Source: an uncultured Burkholderiaceae bacterium (GTDB lineage Bacteria; Pseudomonadota; Gammaproteobacteria; Burkholderiales; Burkholderiaceae_F). Taken from it: a stretch of DNA of 58,000 bases. The translations under genes were made by a program, and so were the position numbers. Below, one piece after another: positions 30,117 to 39,420 of the stretch (its first letter is position 1; every line of letters starts with the position of its first letter). The stretch spans positions 1 to 58,000 of the forward strand of contig CAZKNV010000001.1 of assembly GCA_964554145.1 (NCBI GenBank), in the 5' to 3' direction. The notes beneath the pieces were generated by a model. That model did not search any database and was not told the DNA's origin. It was given only the letters and a program-made list of their open reading frames with translations.

Positions 30117-30266
30117 ACTCTAATGACGCGCAACGCGCGCGTCTCCCCTACAGCGGACCGCTTAAAAACTGATGGTTAATCCTCTGGGGATTGCGCGTTC
30201 TTGTTCACAACGGCGAACTGCGGTGGTTCTGCTTGTAGCACAAGCTCTACGATTCGCAAAAAAGTA

Positions 30267-30608
30267 TCAGTCGTAAGGTCGATCCGGCCGTAACAAGCGC
30301 GCCCTTCGCAAATAGACGTGTCTGACCGCATTCACCGGTAACTTCGTTTCAACATGCAACAAAACACGGATGCAATGCGGAGGTGCGTCGCGAACGGGAA
30401 TCTCTACAGCGCGTAGGCACGGCACGGCGTCCCACTCCATGTCGCGTGCCGCGCGAGCCGGAAACTCACTGCGAATGTCGTGTGTGACTGTGAAAATCGC
30501 GCTCACAATCTGGGAAGAGGCGAGAGAGTTTCTCTTAGCCATCGCGACTAATAGTTCCGTCGTTGCGGATCTGACCTGATCTGACCTGATCTGCCTCATC
30601 TCGCTCAA
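30267..30608 (-). CDS. aroH: Chorismate mutase, AroH class
   Basis: 113 aa aligning to B. subtilis AroH (RSATT..., FPARAAR, CIRVLLHV, VRHVYL..A..LRPD). Confidence 0.85.
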   Translation of the reverse strand: MSEMRQIRSDQVRSATTELLVAMAKRNSLASSQIVSAIFTVTHDIRSEFPARAARDMEWDAVPCLRAVEIPVRDAPPHCIRVLLHVETKLPVNAVRHVYLRRARLLRPDRPYD

Positions 30609-30700
30609 TTGTAGTTGCTCCGCGAATTGCTAGAACGCGGGAATGCTCTGTGCTTTCCTCTGCGCCATGCTCAGGTGGTGGCTGCTCAGGCCATCGAACG

Positions 30701-31318
30701 TTAGAAGCCATTGCTGCTCATTGAGCTCTCATGGCCGCTCTTTCGTGTCACGACGCGAAATAGCGTTCGATTGTCGGGGATGTCGTCGATGTTCGCTAAT
30801 ATGATGGCCAGGCCATACCGGGCAGCAGCAGCGCGACCTGCAATGGCTGCCTGTGTCGAATTGTGCCCACTCGCGACTCGTCGAGCAGAGCCCGCTGTGT
30901 CGTAGCTCGGAACTGGTGTGAAGTTCGGGTGCTCGGAGAAGAACCGATTGCACTGCGCGATTGCCATAGGGTGACTCATAACGGTGCGAATTGACCTGAG
31001 CCTGACTCCGGGGAGTGCCAGCAGGCAATTGCGGATTGGAAAGAGGATTTCTCTCACGATTGTGAGGTCATCTGCCTCTGCTAGAGCTGCTTCGCTCTCC
31101 ACCACTATTCCAGCGATGGCGTTTCTTATGGGCAGGACGCCGAACTCCACGGCTCCGCTTCTGACCTCGCGAACGACGGTTCGGAAATCGTATCGCGGAC
31201 ACGACTCGGCCGATCCGTTCCAGATATGGGCGATCACCTCGTCACTGTACGCCCCGTAGTCGCCCTGGAAAGCGACACGTGTTGGAGTCGCTCTCATGCC
31301 GGTACGACCTCGGGCCAT
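30701..31318 (-). CDS. pheA: Prephenate dehydratase catalytic (PDT) domain only; no ACT domain
   Basis: Contains [15 protein letters not shown]...SHPMAIAQC...NRTLFRVV. The ORF stops ~20 codons after the N-TRF motif, where the ACT domain normally starts. Confidence 0.8.
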   Translation of the reverse strand: MARGRTGMRATPTRVAFQGDYGAYSDEVIAHIWNGSAESCPRYDFRTVVREVRSGAVEFGVLPIRNAIAGIVVESEAALAEADDLTIVREILFPIRNCLLALPGVRLRSIRTVMSHPMAIAQCNRFFSEHPNFTPVPSYDTAGSARRVASGHNSTQAAIAGRAAAARYGLAIILANIDDIPDNRTLFRVVTRKSGHESSMSSNGF

Positions 31319-32190
31319 CGGTTCGCGCCAAGCACCCTCTCGTTTGTAACGCGAACACTTCCCAAAACGTCGCGCTCAGCCGCCAGAGCGTAGCGTCGGA
31401 TACTCTCCATCATACGCTCGAATGCCGGGATGGTGAGCGACTGAGGTCCGTCAGATTTTGCTGTCGACGGATCCGGGTGCACTTCGATGATGAGCCCATC
31501 CGCGCCCACCGCTACGGCGGCACAGGCCAGCGGTCCAATAATGTCCGCTCTTCCCGCGGCGTGACTCGGATCAACTATCACCGGAAGATGGGTCTCGGCC
31601 TTCAGCACTGGCACCGCGGAGAGATCGAGCGTGTTACGGGTAGCGGTCTCGAAAGTTCGAATGCCCCGCTCGCAGAGCACTACTCTGGAATTCCCCTGAG
31701 CCATGACGTATTCTGCTGCGAGCAGCAGGTCGTTGATGGTCGCCGAGAGGCCGCGCTTCAACAGAACGGGTTTCCCGCTTCTACCGACCTCTCCAAGTAA
31801 CGCGAAGTTCTGCATATTGCGCGCACCGATTTGGAGGACGTCGGAATAACGACTCACCAGATCTACCTGACGAGTATCCATTACTTCGGTAGCTACAGGC
31901 AGTCCCGTCTCGGCTCGAGCCTCAGCCAACATATCTAGTGCTTGCTCACCGAGTCCTTGGAACGCATACGGCGATGTCCGCGGTTTGAAAGCACCACCTC
32001 GGAGCATTGACGCTCCTGCGGCTTTCACAGCCCGGGCGGTATCGAGCAACATTGCTCTGCCTTCGACCGCGCAGGGGCCGGCGATCACAACGAGGCTGCG
32101 GCCACCGATGACGCAATCATCAGTCACGGGCACTTCAGTTGAATTCTTGATGATGTTTGCTTGGCGCGAAACAAGCTTGTAAGACTGCAT
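31294..32190 (-). CDS. aroF: 3-deoxy-7-phosphoheptulonate (DAHP) synthase, type I-beta, without N-terminal regulatory domain
   Basis: Contains [47 protein letters not shown]. Only ~30 residues precede the barrel. Confidence 0.9.
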   Translation of the reverse strand: MQSYKLVSRQANIIKNSTEVPVTDDCVIGGRSLVVIAGPCAVEGRAMLLDTARAVKAAGASMLRGGAFKPRTSPYAFQGLGEQALDMLAEARAETGLPVATEVMDTRQVDLVSRYSDVLQIGARNMQNFALLGEVGRSGKPVLLKRGLSATINDLLLAAEYVMAQGNSRVVLCERGIRTFETATRNTLDLSAVPVLKAETHLPVIVDPSHAAGRADIIGPLACAAVAVGADGLIIEVHPDPSTAKSDGPQSLTIPAFERMMESIRRYALAAERDVLGSVRVTNERVLGANRWPEVVPA

Positions 32191-32210
32191 CGAACGTCGG
32201 ATTAGAGGAA

Positions 32211-32240
32211 TAAAAAAGGCTCCCGGTGTTCGGGAGCCTT
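32211..32240 (-). terminator. Intrinsic terminator (attenuator) immediately upstream of aroF
   Basis: On the minus strand: AAGGCTCCCG-AACAC-CGGGAGCCTT followed by TTTTTTATT. It lies 20 nt upstream of the aroF ATG (32190). Confidence 0.7.
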
Positions 32241-32272
32241 AAGGATCATGCAGAACGAGCGTCAGCTTCTAC

Positions 32273-32359
32273 TTAATACGAACGCACGCGACCCGGCCCC
32301 CGAGGTTTGACCCCGTAAAACCAGGTAAAGTAGAAGTTGGTGGCGAGAATTCTTGGCAT
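32273..32359 (-). CDS. Aromatic-amino-acid leader peptide MPRILATNFYFTWFYGVKPRGPGRVRSY (28 aa)
   Basis: Hand translation of the minus strand gives six aromatic codons in seven positions (F Y F T W F Y), followed by antiterminator/terminator-capable sequence. Confidence 0.7.
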   Translation of the reverse strand: MPRILATNFYFTWFYGVKPRGPGRVRSY

Positions 32360-32570
32360 TGTATGCAAATTGTACAACAGGTAAGTAAACCGCGCAAGCG
32401 GTTGATGGTCGACGATTCTAGCGAGGGCCGGTCACAGTGTCTAAGACAATGAGGGGGGGTTACCCGTTTCCCCTTGTTGTAGGGGTACGAGCGACTTGAA
32501 ACGTCATATTGTTGAAGTCGCAATGGGAGACGTTGTGCGGCTTGCTTTCACTAATTACTATGATGTAGCA

Positions 32571-32669
32571 ATGAAACTCTCCAACTTTCACCACCGCACG
32601 CATCAGCACCACGGCCTCACGGGTCGCGGGCGTTTCTGCGCGTGCAAGTCAGACTACCATTTAGTATAG
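32571..32669 (+). CDS. His-rich leader peptide MKLSNFHHRTHQHHGLTGRGRFCACKSDYHLV (32 aa)
   Basis: Five His codons within codons 7-14. It lies upstream of a strong terminator and hisG. Confidence 0.6.
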   Translation: MKLSNFHHRTHQHHGLTGRGRFCACKSDYHLV

Positions 32670-32703
32670 ACCACTAGTCAGGCTACACTCACAGAACTTC
32701 CGC

Positions 32704-32737
32704 AGCCCGTCCCATTCCCGGACGGGCTTTTTGTTTT
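32704..32737 (+). terminator. Intrinsic terminator (attenuator) upstream of hisG
   Basis: AGCCCGTCC-CATTCCC-GGACGGGCT followed by TTTTGTTTT. It ends 16 nt before the hisG ATG. Confidence 0.75.
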
Positions 32738-32752
32738 CCTAACACTGGTCTC

Positions 32753-33616
32753 ATGCTCAGAATCGCACTACCAAATAAAGGACGACTCGCCGATGACGCA
32801 CGCGAGCTCTTCGGAGATGCCGGGCTTCCGGTTCGCACGCGAGGCGACCGCGCGCTATCGGCGTCACTTGGCGGAGAGTTCGAAGCGCTATTCGTTCGCG
32901 CGCAGGACATTCCTGAATTCGTTGCCGATGGCGTGGCGGATGCTGGCGTCACCGGTTGGGATCTCGTGTGCGAAGCAGCACGCCCCGTCGTGCGGCGACT
33001 CGACCTCGGCTTCGGCGAGTGCCGCCTCGTTGCCGCTGCGCGCGAGGACAGCGCCATCGCTTCACTCGATGACATCCCAGCGGGAACTCGGATAGCAACG
33101 TCGTTTCCGAATATCGCGCGCGATTTCTTTGAATCGCGGAGTCAGAAGGTCGTGCTCGTACCCATCTCAGGCGCTGCGGAGATCGCACCGCTCCTTGGCA
33201 TCGCCGAGATTATCGTCGACATCACGTCCACCGGGTCGACGCTCAAGGTGAACGGGCTTCGGGAAATTGGGACGCTGCTCACATCACGTGCGCAGCTCGT
33301 CACAAAGAGCGAACCTGGTTTCGACGCGTCCAAGGCTGACGCGATCGAATCGCTCATCATGGCGTTGGAGTCCGTCGTGCGCGCTCGCGGGACCAGGTAC
33401 CTCATGGCAAACGTTCCAAGAGGTTCGCTCGATGCGGTCAAGAAGGTCATCCCGGGCATCAATGGGCCAACTGTGATTGACATTCTAAACGGCGGTGATC
33501 GGGTCGCGGTTCACTCGGTCGTGGATGCCGTGACGGTTTACCGAACGATCACGGCTCTCAAAGCACTTGGCGCCAGCGGAATTCTCGTCACCCGCGTGGA
33601 GCGCCTGATGCCGTGA
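32753..33616 (+). CDS. hisG: ATP phosphoribosyltransferase (long form)
   Basis: 287 aa starting MLRIALPNKGRL, with a C-terminal regulatory domain present. Confidence 0.95.
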   Translation: MLRIALPNKGRLADDARELFGDAGLPVRTRGDRALSASLGGEFEALFVRAQDIPEFVADGVADAGVTGWDLVCEAARPVVRRLDLGFGECRLVAAAREDSAIASLDDIPAGTRIATSFPNIARDFFESRSQKVVLVPISGAAEIAPLLGIAEIIVDITSTGSTLKVNGLREIGTLLTSRAQLVTKSEPGFDASKADAIESLIMALESVVRARGTRYLMANVPRGSLDAVKKVIPGINGPTVIDILNGGDRVAVHSVVDAVTVYRTITALKALGASGILVTRVERLMP

Positions 33617-34926
33617 CTGGAATGACTCTCACAACGCCTTTCAAACACAAGGGTACCCTGAGTGAGTTATCGACCAACGATCGGAGATCGCTCCTTGAGA
33701 GAGCAAAGGAGAGCGACACACTCGTGCGCGAGCGAACTGCGACGATCGTGCGACGCGTGCAGGTTGACGGTAACCTCGCGCTCTTCGAGATGGCCCGCGA
33801 GTACGACGGAGTGACTCTTGAGGGTCTTGAGGTTCCTGCCGACGTCAGGTATCGAGCACTTGCGTCCCTGGATCGTCGAGTCCGCTCGGCACTGGAGCGC
33901 GCAGCGCGGAATATCGCTGCTGTTCACTCCGCGGGCCGGCCGCAGCCAGCCGAGATCGAAACTGAGCAAGGCGTTATCGTCGGAAGAAGGCCAGATGCGC
34001 TTCGACGCGTCGGCATCTACGCTCCCGGCGGTCGTGCGGCGTATGCGAGCAGCGTCTTGATGGCGGCCATTCCCGCGCGCGTAGCGGGAGTATCTGAGAT
34101 CATCCTCTGCTCTCCGCCAGGTAAGGATGGATACCCAGCACCCGTGGTTCTCGCCGCGTGTGAGATCGCCGGCGTCGATCGAGTGTTCGCTGTTGGAGGG
34201 GCCGGGGCGATTGCGGCTATGGCATACGGCAGCGGGAGCATTCCCCGCGTGGACAAAATTGTCGGCCCGGGCAACGCGTACGTCGCTGAGGCGAAACTCC
34301 TGGTGAGTAGAGTTGTAGGAATCGATTCACCGGCGGGACCGAGCGAGCTTTTGGTCATCTGCGATAATAGTTGCGATCCGGGCTCGATCGCTCGTGAGGT
34401 AATCGCGCAGGCTGAGCACGATGTCGACGTGTGTGTCGTCGTTATTGCTCTCGACGCAGAGACTGCATCCGCAGTCGCGAATGCCATTCAACGGATTGTA
34501 TCGAGCGCGCCACGCGCGGATGTAATTCGGTCAGCGCTCGAACAGAACGGCGCCATCCTCACCGCCACCTCGATTGTCGAAGCAGTCGACTTCGCGGCGG
34601 AGTACGCCCCCGAGCACTTGTTACTCGCCGTGAGCAATGCGGAACGCGTGCTACCCGAAATCCGTAACGCTGGCTGCGTGTTTGTCGGCGAGGAATCGTC
34701 GGTGGTTTTCGGCGACTACATCACCGGTGGAAATCACGTTCTTCCCACCGGTGGTCTGGCGCGAAGCTATTCCGGGCTGGGCCCGCTCGATTTCCTTCGC
34801 TGGACATCATATCAGAAGGTCAGCCGCGAAGCTGCTCAGTGTCTCGCCGACGACACTGCCATCCTCGCCAATGCTGAAGGGCTCTCCGATCATGCCGCTG
34901 CCGCGCTCGGCTGGAGTCCGAGATGA
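33613..34926 (+). CDS. hisD: Histidinol dehydrogenase
   Basis: 437 aa with the typical HisD sequence (QAEHD, GDYITGGNHVLPT). Its GTGA start overlaps hisG. Confidence 0.95.
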   Translation: MTGMTLTTPFKHKGTLSELSTNDRRSLLERAKESDTLVRERTATIVRRVQVDGNLALFEMAREYDGVTLEGLEVPADVRYRALASLDRRVRSALERAARNIAAVHSAGRPQPAEIETEQGVIVGRRPDALRRVGIYAPGGRAAYASSVLMAAIPARVAGVSEIILCSPPGKDGYPAPVVLAACEIAGVDRVFAVGGAGAIAAMAYGSGSIPRVDKIVGPGNAYVAEAKLLVSRVVGIDSPAGPSELLVICDNSCDPGSIAREVIAQAEHDVDVCVVVIALDAETASAVANAIQRIVSSAPRADVIRSALEQNGAILTATSIVEAVDFAAEYAPEHLLLAVSNAERVLPEIRNAGCVFVGEESSVVFGDYITGGNHVLPTGGLARSYSGLGPLDFLRWTSYQKVSREAAQCLADDTAILANAEGLSDHAAAALGWSPR

Positions 34927-35996
34927 CAAGTGTCAATTCGAGTTTCGCTTCCGACGTCGTGGCCTCACTCGCGCGTGGGAGCTATCGAGAGATAGCTCTC
35001 TACTCTACGCCACGCGAGCGGTGCGCAATGGACTTGAGCGACAATACGAATCTGTGGGGCGCCCCTCCGTCCGCATTGCGCGTGTTGACCGAGATCGCGC
35101 AGGAAGACGTGACCCAATACCCGGTTGCGTACGAGCCGACGCTCAGAAATAGGCTTGCCAGCTACGTAGGTGTGTCTCCGGAGATGGTTGTGGCTGGCTG
35201 CGGGTCGGACGACGTCCTCGATTCAGCGATTCGCGCCTTCGCCGAGCCCGGCGAGCGGCTATGTCTGCCCACTCCGTCATTCAGCATGATACCCATCTTC
35301 GCGCGGACAAACGGCCTCGTGCCGGTTGAGATCCAGCTCACCGGAGACTTCGATGCGGATGTGGAGATGATGCTCGCGACCCGTGCACGCATAACCTATC
35401 TATGCTCGCCCAACAATCCGACGGGCGGAGCGCTCTCGCGCGGTGCAGTCGAGCGAATTGTCGAGCAGGCTGCCGGACTCGTGATCATCGATCAGGCGTA
35501 CGTCGAGTTCGGTGGCGAGAGTTTCATTGACAGGGTATCGAGTCGTCGGCCTGTATTAGTTACGCGCACGATGTCCAAGGCGTTCGGCCTAGCCGGGCTT
35601 CGCATCGGCTACGGCATCGGCTCACCTGAGCTAGTCTGGGAGGTAATGAAGGCTCGAGGCCCTTACAAGGTGAGCACTCTCGCCGAACGAGCGGCGATCG
35701 CCACGCTCGAGAAGGATCAGTGCTGGGTAAGTGGCCGGGTTAAAGAGGTTGTTGCGAATCGCTCGCGCTTTCGGTACGAGCTCGCGATGCGCGGTATCGC
35801 GTCGTTCGAATCGTCAGCGAACTTCGTGCTAATCCCCGTTGAAAATTGCGGTGTCACGGCTAGCTACCTTGAGCACGCTGGGATCGGCGTGCGATCACTT
35901 CCCTCTCTTCCCGGAATTGGTGACGCAATTCGGGTCGCAATTGGACCGTGGGATTTTATGCAGGGCTGCCTCGACGTGCTCGGAGAAAAGTCGTGA
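34923..35996 (+). CDS. hisC: Histidinol-phosphate aminotransferase
   Basis: PLP lysine in TRTMSKAFGLAGLRIGY; 357 aa. Confidence 0.9.
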   Translation: MTSVNSSFASDVVASLARGSYREIALYSTPRERCAMDLSDNTNLWGAPPSALRVLTEIAQEDVTQYPVAYEPTLRNRLASYVGVSPEMVVAGCGSDDVLDSAIRAFAEPGERLCLPTPSFSMIPIFARTNGLVPVEIQLTGDFDADVEMMLATRARITYLCSPNNPTGGALSRGAVERIVEQAAGLVIIDQAYVEFGGESFIDRVSSRRPVLVTRTMSKAFGLAGLRIGYGIGSPELVWEVMKARGPYKVSTLAERAAIATLEKDQCWVSGRVKEVVANRSRFRYELAMRGIASFESSANFVLIPVENCGVTASYLEHAGIGVRSLPSLPGIGDAIRVAIGPWDFMQGCLDVLGEKS

Positions 35997-36601
35997 CGCG
36001 GATTGCAATCTTCGATTACGGTGCGGGCAATCTGCACTCCCTGATGAAGGCTATCTCTGTTAATGGGCGGCAGGTGTCGATCGTGGCTGACATTTGTGCT
36101 GCAATTAAGGCCGACATCTTGATTCTTCCAGGCGTGGGAGCCTTCGGGGTCGCGGCAAGCGCCATGCGCGGCGCACAATCAAATGTCCGATCTGCACTCG
36201 CGGACGGACAGCCGTGTCTGGGGATCTGCCTCGGGATGCAGATGCTATTCGAAGCAAGCGAGGAATCTCCCGGCCGAGGGATCGGTCTCATCTCCGGCAC
36301 AGTCGCGCGGCTTCGTACTGCTAAGGTCCCGCATATGGGCTGGAACGACATCGAGTGGGTTCCAACGCGAAACAGGGACCGCCAAACGCAGATCGACACT
36401 GCCTACTTCGCCAACGCATTCGTCTGTGAGCCGGAGGAGGAGTCCTCGGTGCTCGCCTGGACGAATCACGAGGACACCCGGTTCGCGTCAGTTATGCGAT
36501 GTGCGAACACGATTGGTGTCCAGTTTCACCCTGAAAAGAGCTCGGCCGCCGGATGTGCCTTCGTGAACGGAGTGATCGAGGATCTCATGCAATGCAGGTG
36601 A
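35993..36601 (+). CDS. hisH: Imidazole glycerol phosphate synthase, glutamine amidotransferase subunit
   Basis: Contains IAIFDYGAGNLHS, the catalytic Cys in LGICLGMQ, and QFHPEKS. The GTG at 35993 overlaps the hisC stop. Confidence 0.9.
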   Translation: MTRIAIFDYGAGNLHSLMKAISVNGRQVSIVADICAAIKADILILPGVGAFGVAASAMRGAQSNVRSALADGQPCLGICLGMQMLFEASEESPGRGIGLISGTVARLRTAKVPHMGWNDIEWVPTRNRDRQTQIDTAYFANAFVCEPEEESSVLAWTNHEDTRFASVMRCANTIGVQFHPEKSSAAGCAFVNGVIEDLMQCR

Positions 36602-37329
36602 TTCCCGCGATCGACTTGCGCGACGGCGCATGTGTACAGCTTGTGGGGGGATCGTACGCCGATGAGCGCATTCGCATTCCTGATCCGATCTCTGTCGCAG
36701 AAAAGTGGATGGCGCTTGGCTTCCGCCGCACTCACCTGGTGGATCTCGATGCTGCGACAGGCCGAGGATCGAATCGAGCAATAGTCACGCAGATCCTGGA
36801 GGCGTGTTCGGTGAACGGCCAGGCAGTGCCCGGAGTGAAGGTGCAGTGCGGGGGCGGCGTCCGGGATATCGACACCATCGGCGATCTGCTAGCAGCCGGT
36901 GCGTCCGAGGTTGTACTCGGCACAAGGGCAATCGAAGACCGCGCATGGCTTGAGAAAGCGGCCGCCCGCTATCCCGAAAGAATCATCGTTGCCTCGGATA
37001 CGAGAGGTCGCCAACTCGTGACGAGAGGTTGGTCTGAAACTCTCCCACGAGACGTAGTCGATTGCGTCGAAGGACTGAACGATCTGCCACTTGCAGCCAT
37101 TCTTGTGACCGCCGTGGACGGCGAGGGACGAATGGGCGGTCCCGACCTCGCACTCATGCGCGAGCTTGCTGCCGTTTCCCACCTGCCGCTACAGGCATCC
37201 GGGGGGGTGCGGAGCGCCCAGGATCTCCACCAACTCGCCAACGTTGGCCTCAGCGCGGCAATAATCGGAATGGCGCTTTACACCGGTGCCCTGAATGCCC
37301 AATCCATTATCGAGGAATTCGCTGAATGA
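36592..37329 (+). CDS. hisA: 1-(5-phosphoribosyl)-5-[(5-phosphoribosylamino)methylideneamino]imidazole-4-carboxamide isomerase
   Basis: Contains [12 protein letters not shown]...LVDLDAA...ASGGVRS. The start overlaps the hisH stop. Confidence 0.9.
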   Translation: MQVIPAIDLRDGACVQLVGGSYADERIRIPDPISVAEKWMALGFRRTHLVDLDAATGRGSNRAIVTQILEACSVNGQAVPGVKVQCGGGVRDIDTIGDLLAAGASEVVLGTRAIEDRAWLEKAAARYPERIIVASDTRGRQLVTRGWSETLPRDVVDCVEGLNDLPLAAILVTAVDGEGRMGGPDLALMRELAAVSHLPLQASGGVRSAQDLHQLANVGLSAAIIGMALYTGALNAQSIIEEFAE

Positions 37330-37862
37330 GCGTGATACGAAGAGAGACCACCGAGACGTCTATCCGCGTCGAGCTCCGGATCGGGAGCGGAGCCAGCAAG
37401 ATCGAGACGGGGAATGGTTTTCTCGATCACATGATCACCGCGTTCGCCCGCTACTCGGGCCTCGACGTCGACGTCTCTGCGCGCAGCGATCTCAATCACC
37501 ACTTGATCGAAGATGTAGCTCTCACGCTCGGGCGCACGTTCCGGGAGATCGTCCCGCCGGGCGCAGCGCGATACGGCACTCGGGTAGTTCCGATGGACGA
37601 CGCGCTCGTCCAGGTGTGTGTTGACATCGGTGGGCGACCTTATTACGAGGGGCCGCTGCCGAGCCGCCTCTACGACCACTGGATGCGGTCGTTCAGCAAC
37701 GAGGCCCGCGCGACGATCCATATCGTGGTTCTGCGCGGATCCGACCGGCACCACGTGATCGAGGCCGCTTTCAAGGCTCTCGGGCTCGCCATTTACGATG
37801 CGCTCGCGGAAACCGGCGAGGTCGTGAGCACGAAGGGCTCCGTTTCAGTGACGGTCGAATGA
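37326..37862 (+). CDS. hisB: Imidazoleglycerol-phosphate dehydratase (monofunctional)
   Basis: Contains RETTETSIRVEL...GFLDHM...NHHLIEDVALTLG...HHVIEA. Confidence 0.9.
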   Translation: MSVIRRETTETSIRVELRIGSGASKIETGNGFLDHMITAFARYSGLDVDVSARSDLNHHLIEDVALTLGRTFREIVPPGAARYGTRVVPMDDALVQVCVDIGGRPYYEGPLPSRLYDHWMRSFSNEARATIHIVVLRGSDRHHVIEAAFKALGLAIYDALAETGEVVSTKGSVSVTVE

Positions 37863-38623
37863 TGCTGACCAACAGGGTGATTGCATGCCTCGATGTAAAG
37901 GACGGTCGCGTCGTGAAGGGGACGGGTTTCGTCAACCTCCGTGATGCAGGTGATCCTGTCACCCTCGCCCAGCGCTACGAAGCGCAGGGTGCGGATGAGA
38001 TCGTGTATCTGGATATCGCGGCGTCGCACGAGGAGAGGAGCACGCTGCTCGATCTCGTCCGTCGCACGGCTGAGCGGTTGTTCATTCCGCTCACTGTCGG
38101 TGGAGGAATGCGATCGCTCGCGGATATCGCGAATGCGTTGCGTGCTGGCGCGGATAAGATTGCGATCAATTCAGCTTGCGTTCTGAGGCCGGAGCTGTTC
38201 ACCGAAGCTGCGGAGCGGTTCGGATCGCAATGTGTAGTGTCAAGTATCGATGCGCTGAGACGCGACGAGAGCTGGGAGGTTTACATGAATGGAGGTAGAC
38301 AACCAACTGGACTTGATGCGATCGAATGGGCAACGAGATGCACGCTTCTGGGTGCGGGAGAAATTCTGCTAACTAGCATTGATCGCGATGGCCGCCGTTC
38401 CGGATATGACATCGAGCTGATTTCGCAGGTTGCCCGTGTCGTCACAGTGCCGGTCATCGCGTCAGGCGGTGGCGCCTCGGCTGTCGATGTCGCCAATGCG
38501 ATCACGCGTGGAGGCGCCGACGCAGCGTTGGTGGCCGGCGTGCTGCACGATGGGACGACCGATATCGCGAGTATCAAGACAGCGTTGCGCGCGATGGGCA
38601 TTCCGGTGAGGATAGCCGCGTGA
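37859..38623 (+). CDS. hisF: Imidazole glycerol phosphate synthase, cyclase subunit
   Basis: Contains RVIACLDVKDGRVVKG...PLTVGGG...ASGG. Confidence 0.95.
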   Translation: MMLTNRVIACLDVKDGRVVKGTGFVNLRDAGDPVTLAQRYEAQGADEIVYLDIAASHEERSTLLDLVRRTAERLFIPLTVGGGMRSLADIANALRAGADKIAINSACVLRPELFTEAAERFGSQCVVSSIDALRRDESWEVYMNGGRQPTGLDAIEWATRCTLLGAGEILLTSIDRDGRRSGYDIELISQVARVVTVPVIASGGGASAVDVANAITRGGADAALVAGVLHDGTTDIASIKTALRAMGIPVRIAA

Positions 38624-39420
38624 GCAATCTCAGCATCTATATGGATGCAGTCGCCGAGGTGGCTGGCATCGCGGGCGACGTCGCGCAGCGATACTACGGA
38701 AATAGTCTGGGGAGCTTCCGCAAGAGCGACGGATCACCGGTAAGTATTGCCGACATAAGTGCCGAGCGTGCTGCACGCGATTGGATCGAGCTGCGCTTTC
38801 CGGAGGACGGTATCATAGGCGAAGAGCTGCCGCCGGTACGTGAACGCGCGAGACGGCGATGGATTCTCGATCCCATTGATGGGACCTACACGTTCCTGCA
38901 GGGCGTGCCGCTTTGGGGAACCCTCGTCGCTGTCGCTGAAGCGGAGCATGTTATCGCCGGAGCCGCGTTCTTCCCCGCGTTAGACGAGATTATTGTCGCG
39001 GCTCCAGGCGAAGGATGCTGGTGGAACGGCTCGCGTACGCGCGTGTCGAGCGTTTTGGAACTTGGCGAGGCACGGCTCGTAACAACCGATGCGCGCTTCA
39101 TGCGCGATCCGTCGCGACGCGAACGCTGGTTGCGTCTTCAGGACAGTGCCAGCTCCATGCGGACATGGGGAGACTGCTACGGCTATCTGCTCGTTGCGAC
39201 AGGGCGTGCGGATATAATGGTCGACGATGTCATTTCGGAGTGGGATTGTGCAGCGCTGATGCCGATCATTACTGAGGCTGGAGGCGCGTTCACTGACTGG
39301 CGGGGCCGAGCGACAGCCTTTGGCGGCGATGCGATCGCCACTAATGCGGGGGTCGCAGCCGTTGTGCGAGACATTCTCACTACGCCAGTGCCTGTCGGTT
39401 CAACCGGAAGCAATCCATGA
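38620..39420 (+). CDS. hisN: Inositol-monophosphatase-family histidinol-phosphate phosphatase
   Basis: IMPase motifs (WILDPIDGT, WDCAA) inside the his operon, where hisB lacks a phosphatase domain. Confidence 0.75.
   Translation: MSNLSIYMDAVAEVAGIAGDVAQRYYGNSLGSFRKSDGSPVSIADISAERAARDWIELRFPEDGIIGEELPPVRERARRRWILDPIDGTYTFLQGVPLWGTLVAVAEAEHVIAGAAFFPALDEIIVAAPGEGCWWNGSRTRVSSVLELGEARLVTTDARFMRDPSRRERWLRLQDSASSMRTWGDCYGYLLVATGRADIMVDDVISEWDCAALMPIITEAGGAFTDWRGRATAFGGDAIATNAGVAAVVRDILTTPVPVGSTGSNP

Noticed and set aside
30117-30266. BirA/BioQ operator upstream of bioF
   Set aside because: I found only one TTAACC-like half-site, an imperfect TGTTCACAA...TTGTAGCACA pair, and a GACGCGC-N5-GCGCGTC hairpin next to the start codon. 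None matches a known biotin-operator consensus well enough to call.
30560-30592. Tandem 10-nt duplication (TCTGACCTGA x2+) at the 5' end of aroH
   Set aside because: It lies within the first codons (QIRSDQVRS). The frame stays open and the AroH core is intact. It is probably an inconsequential slippage event or start-site ambiguity.
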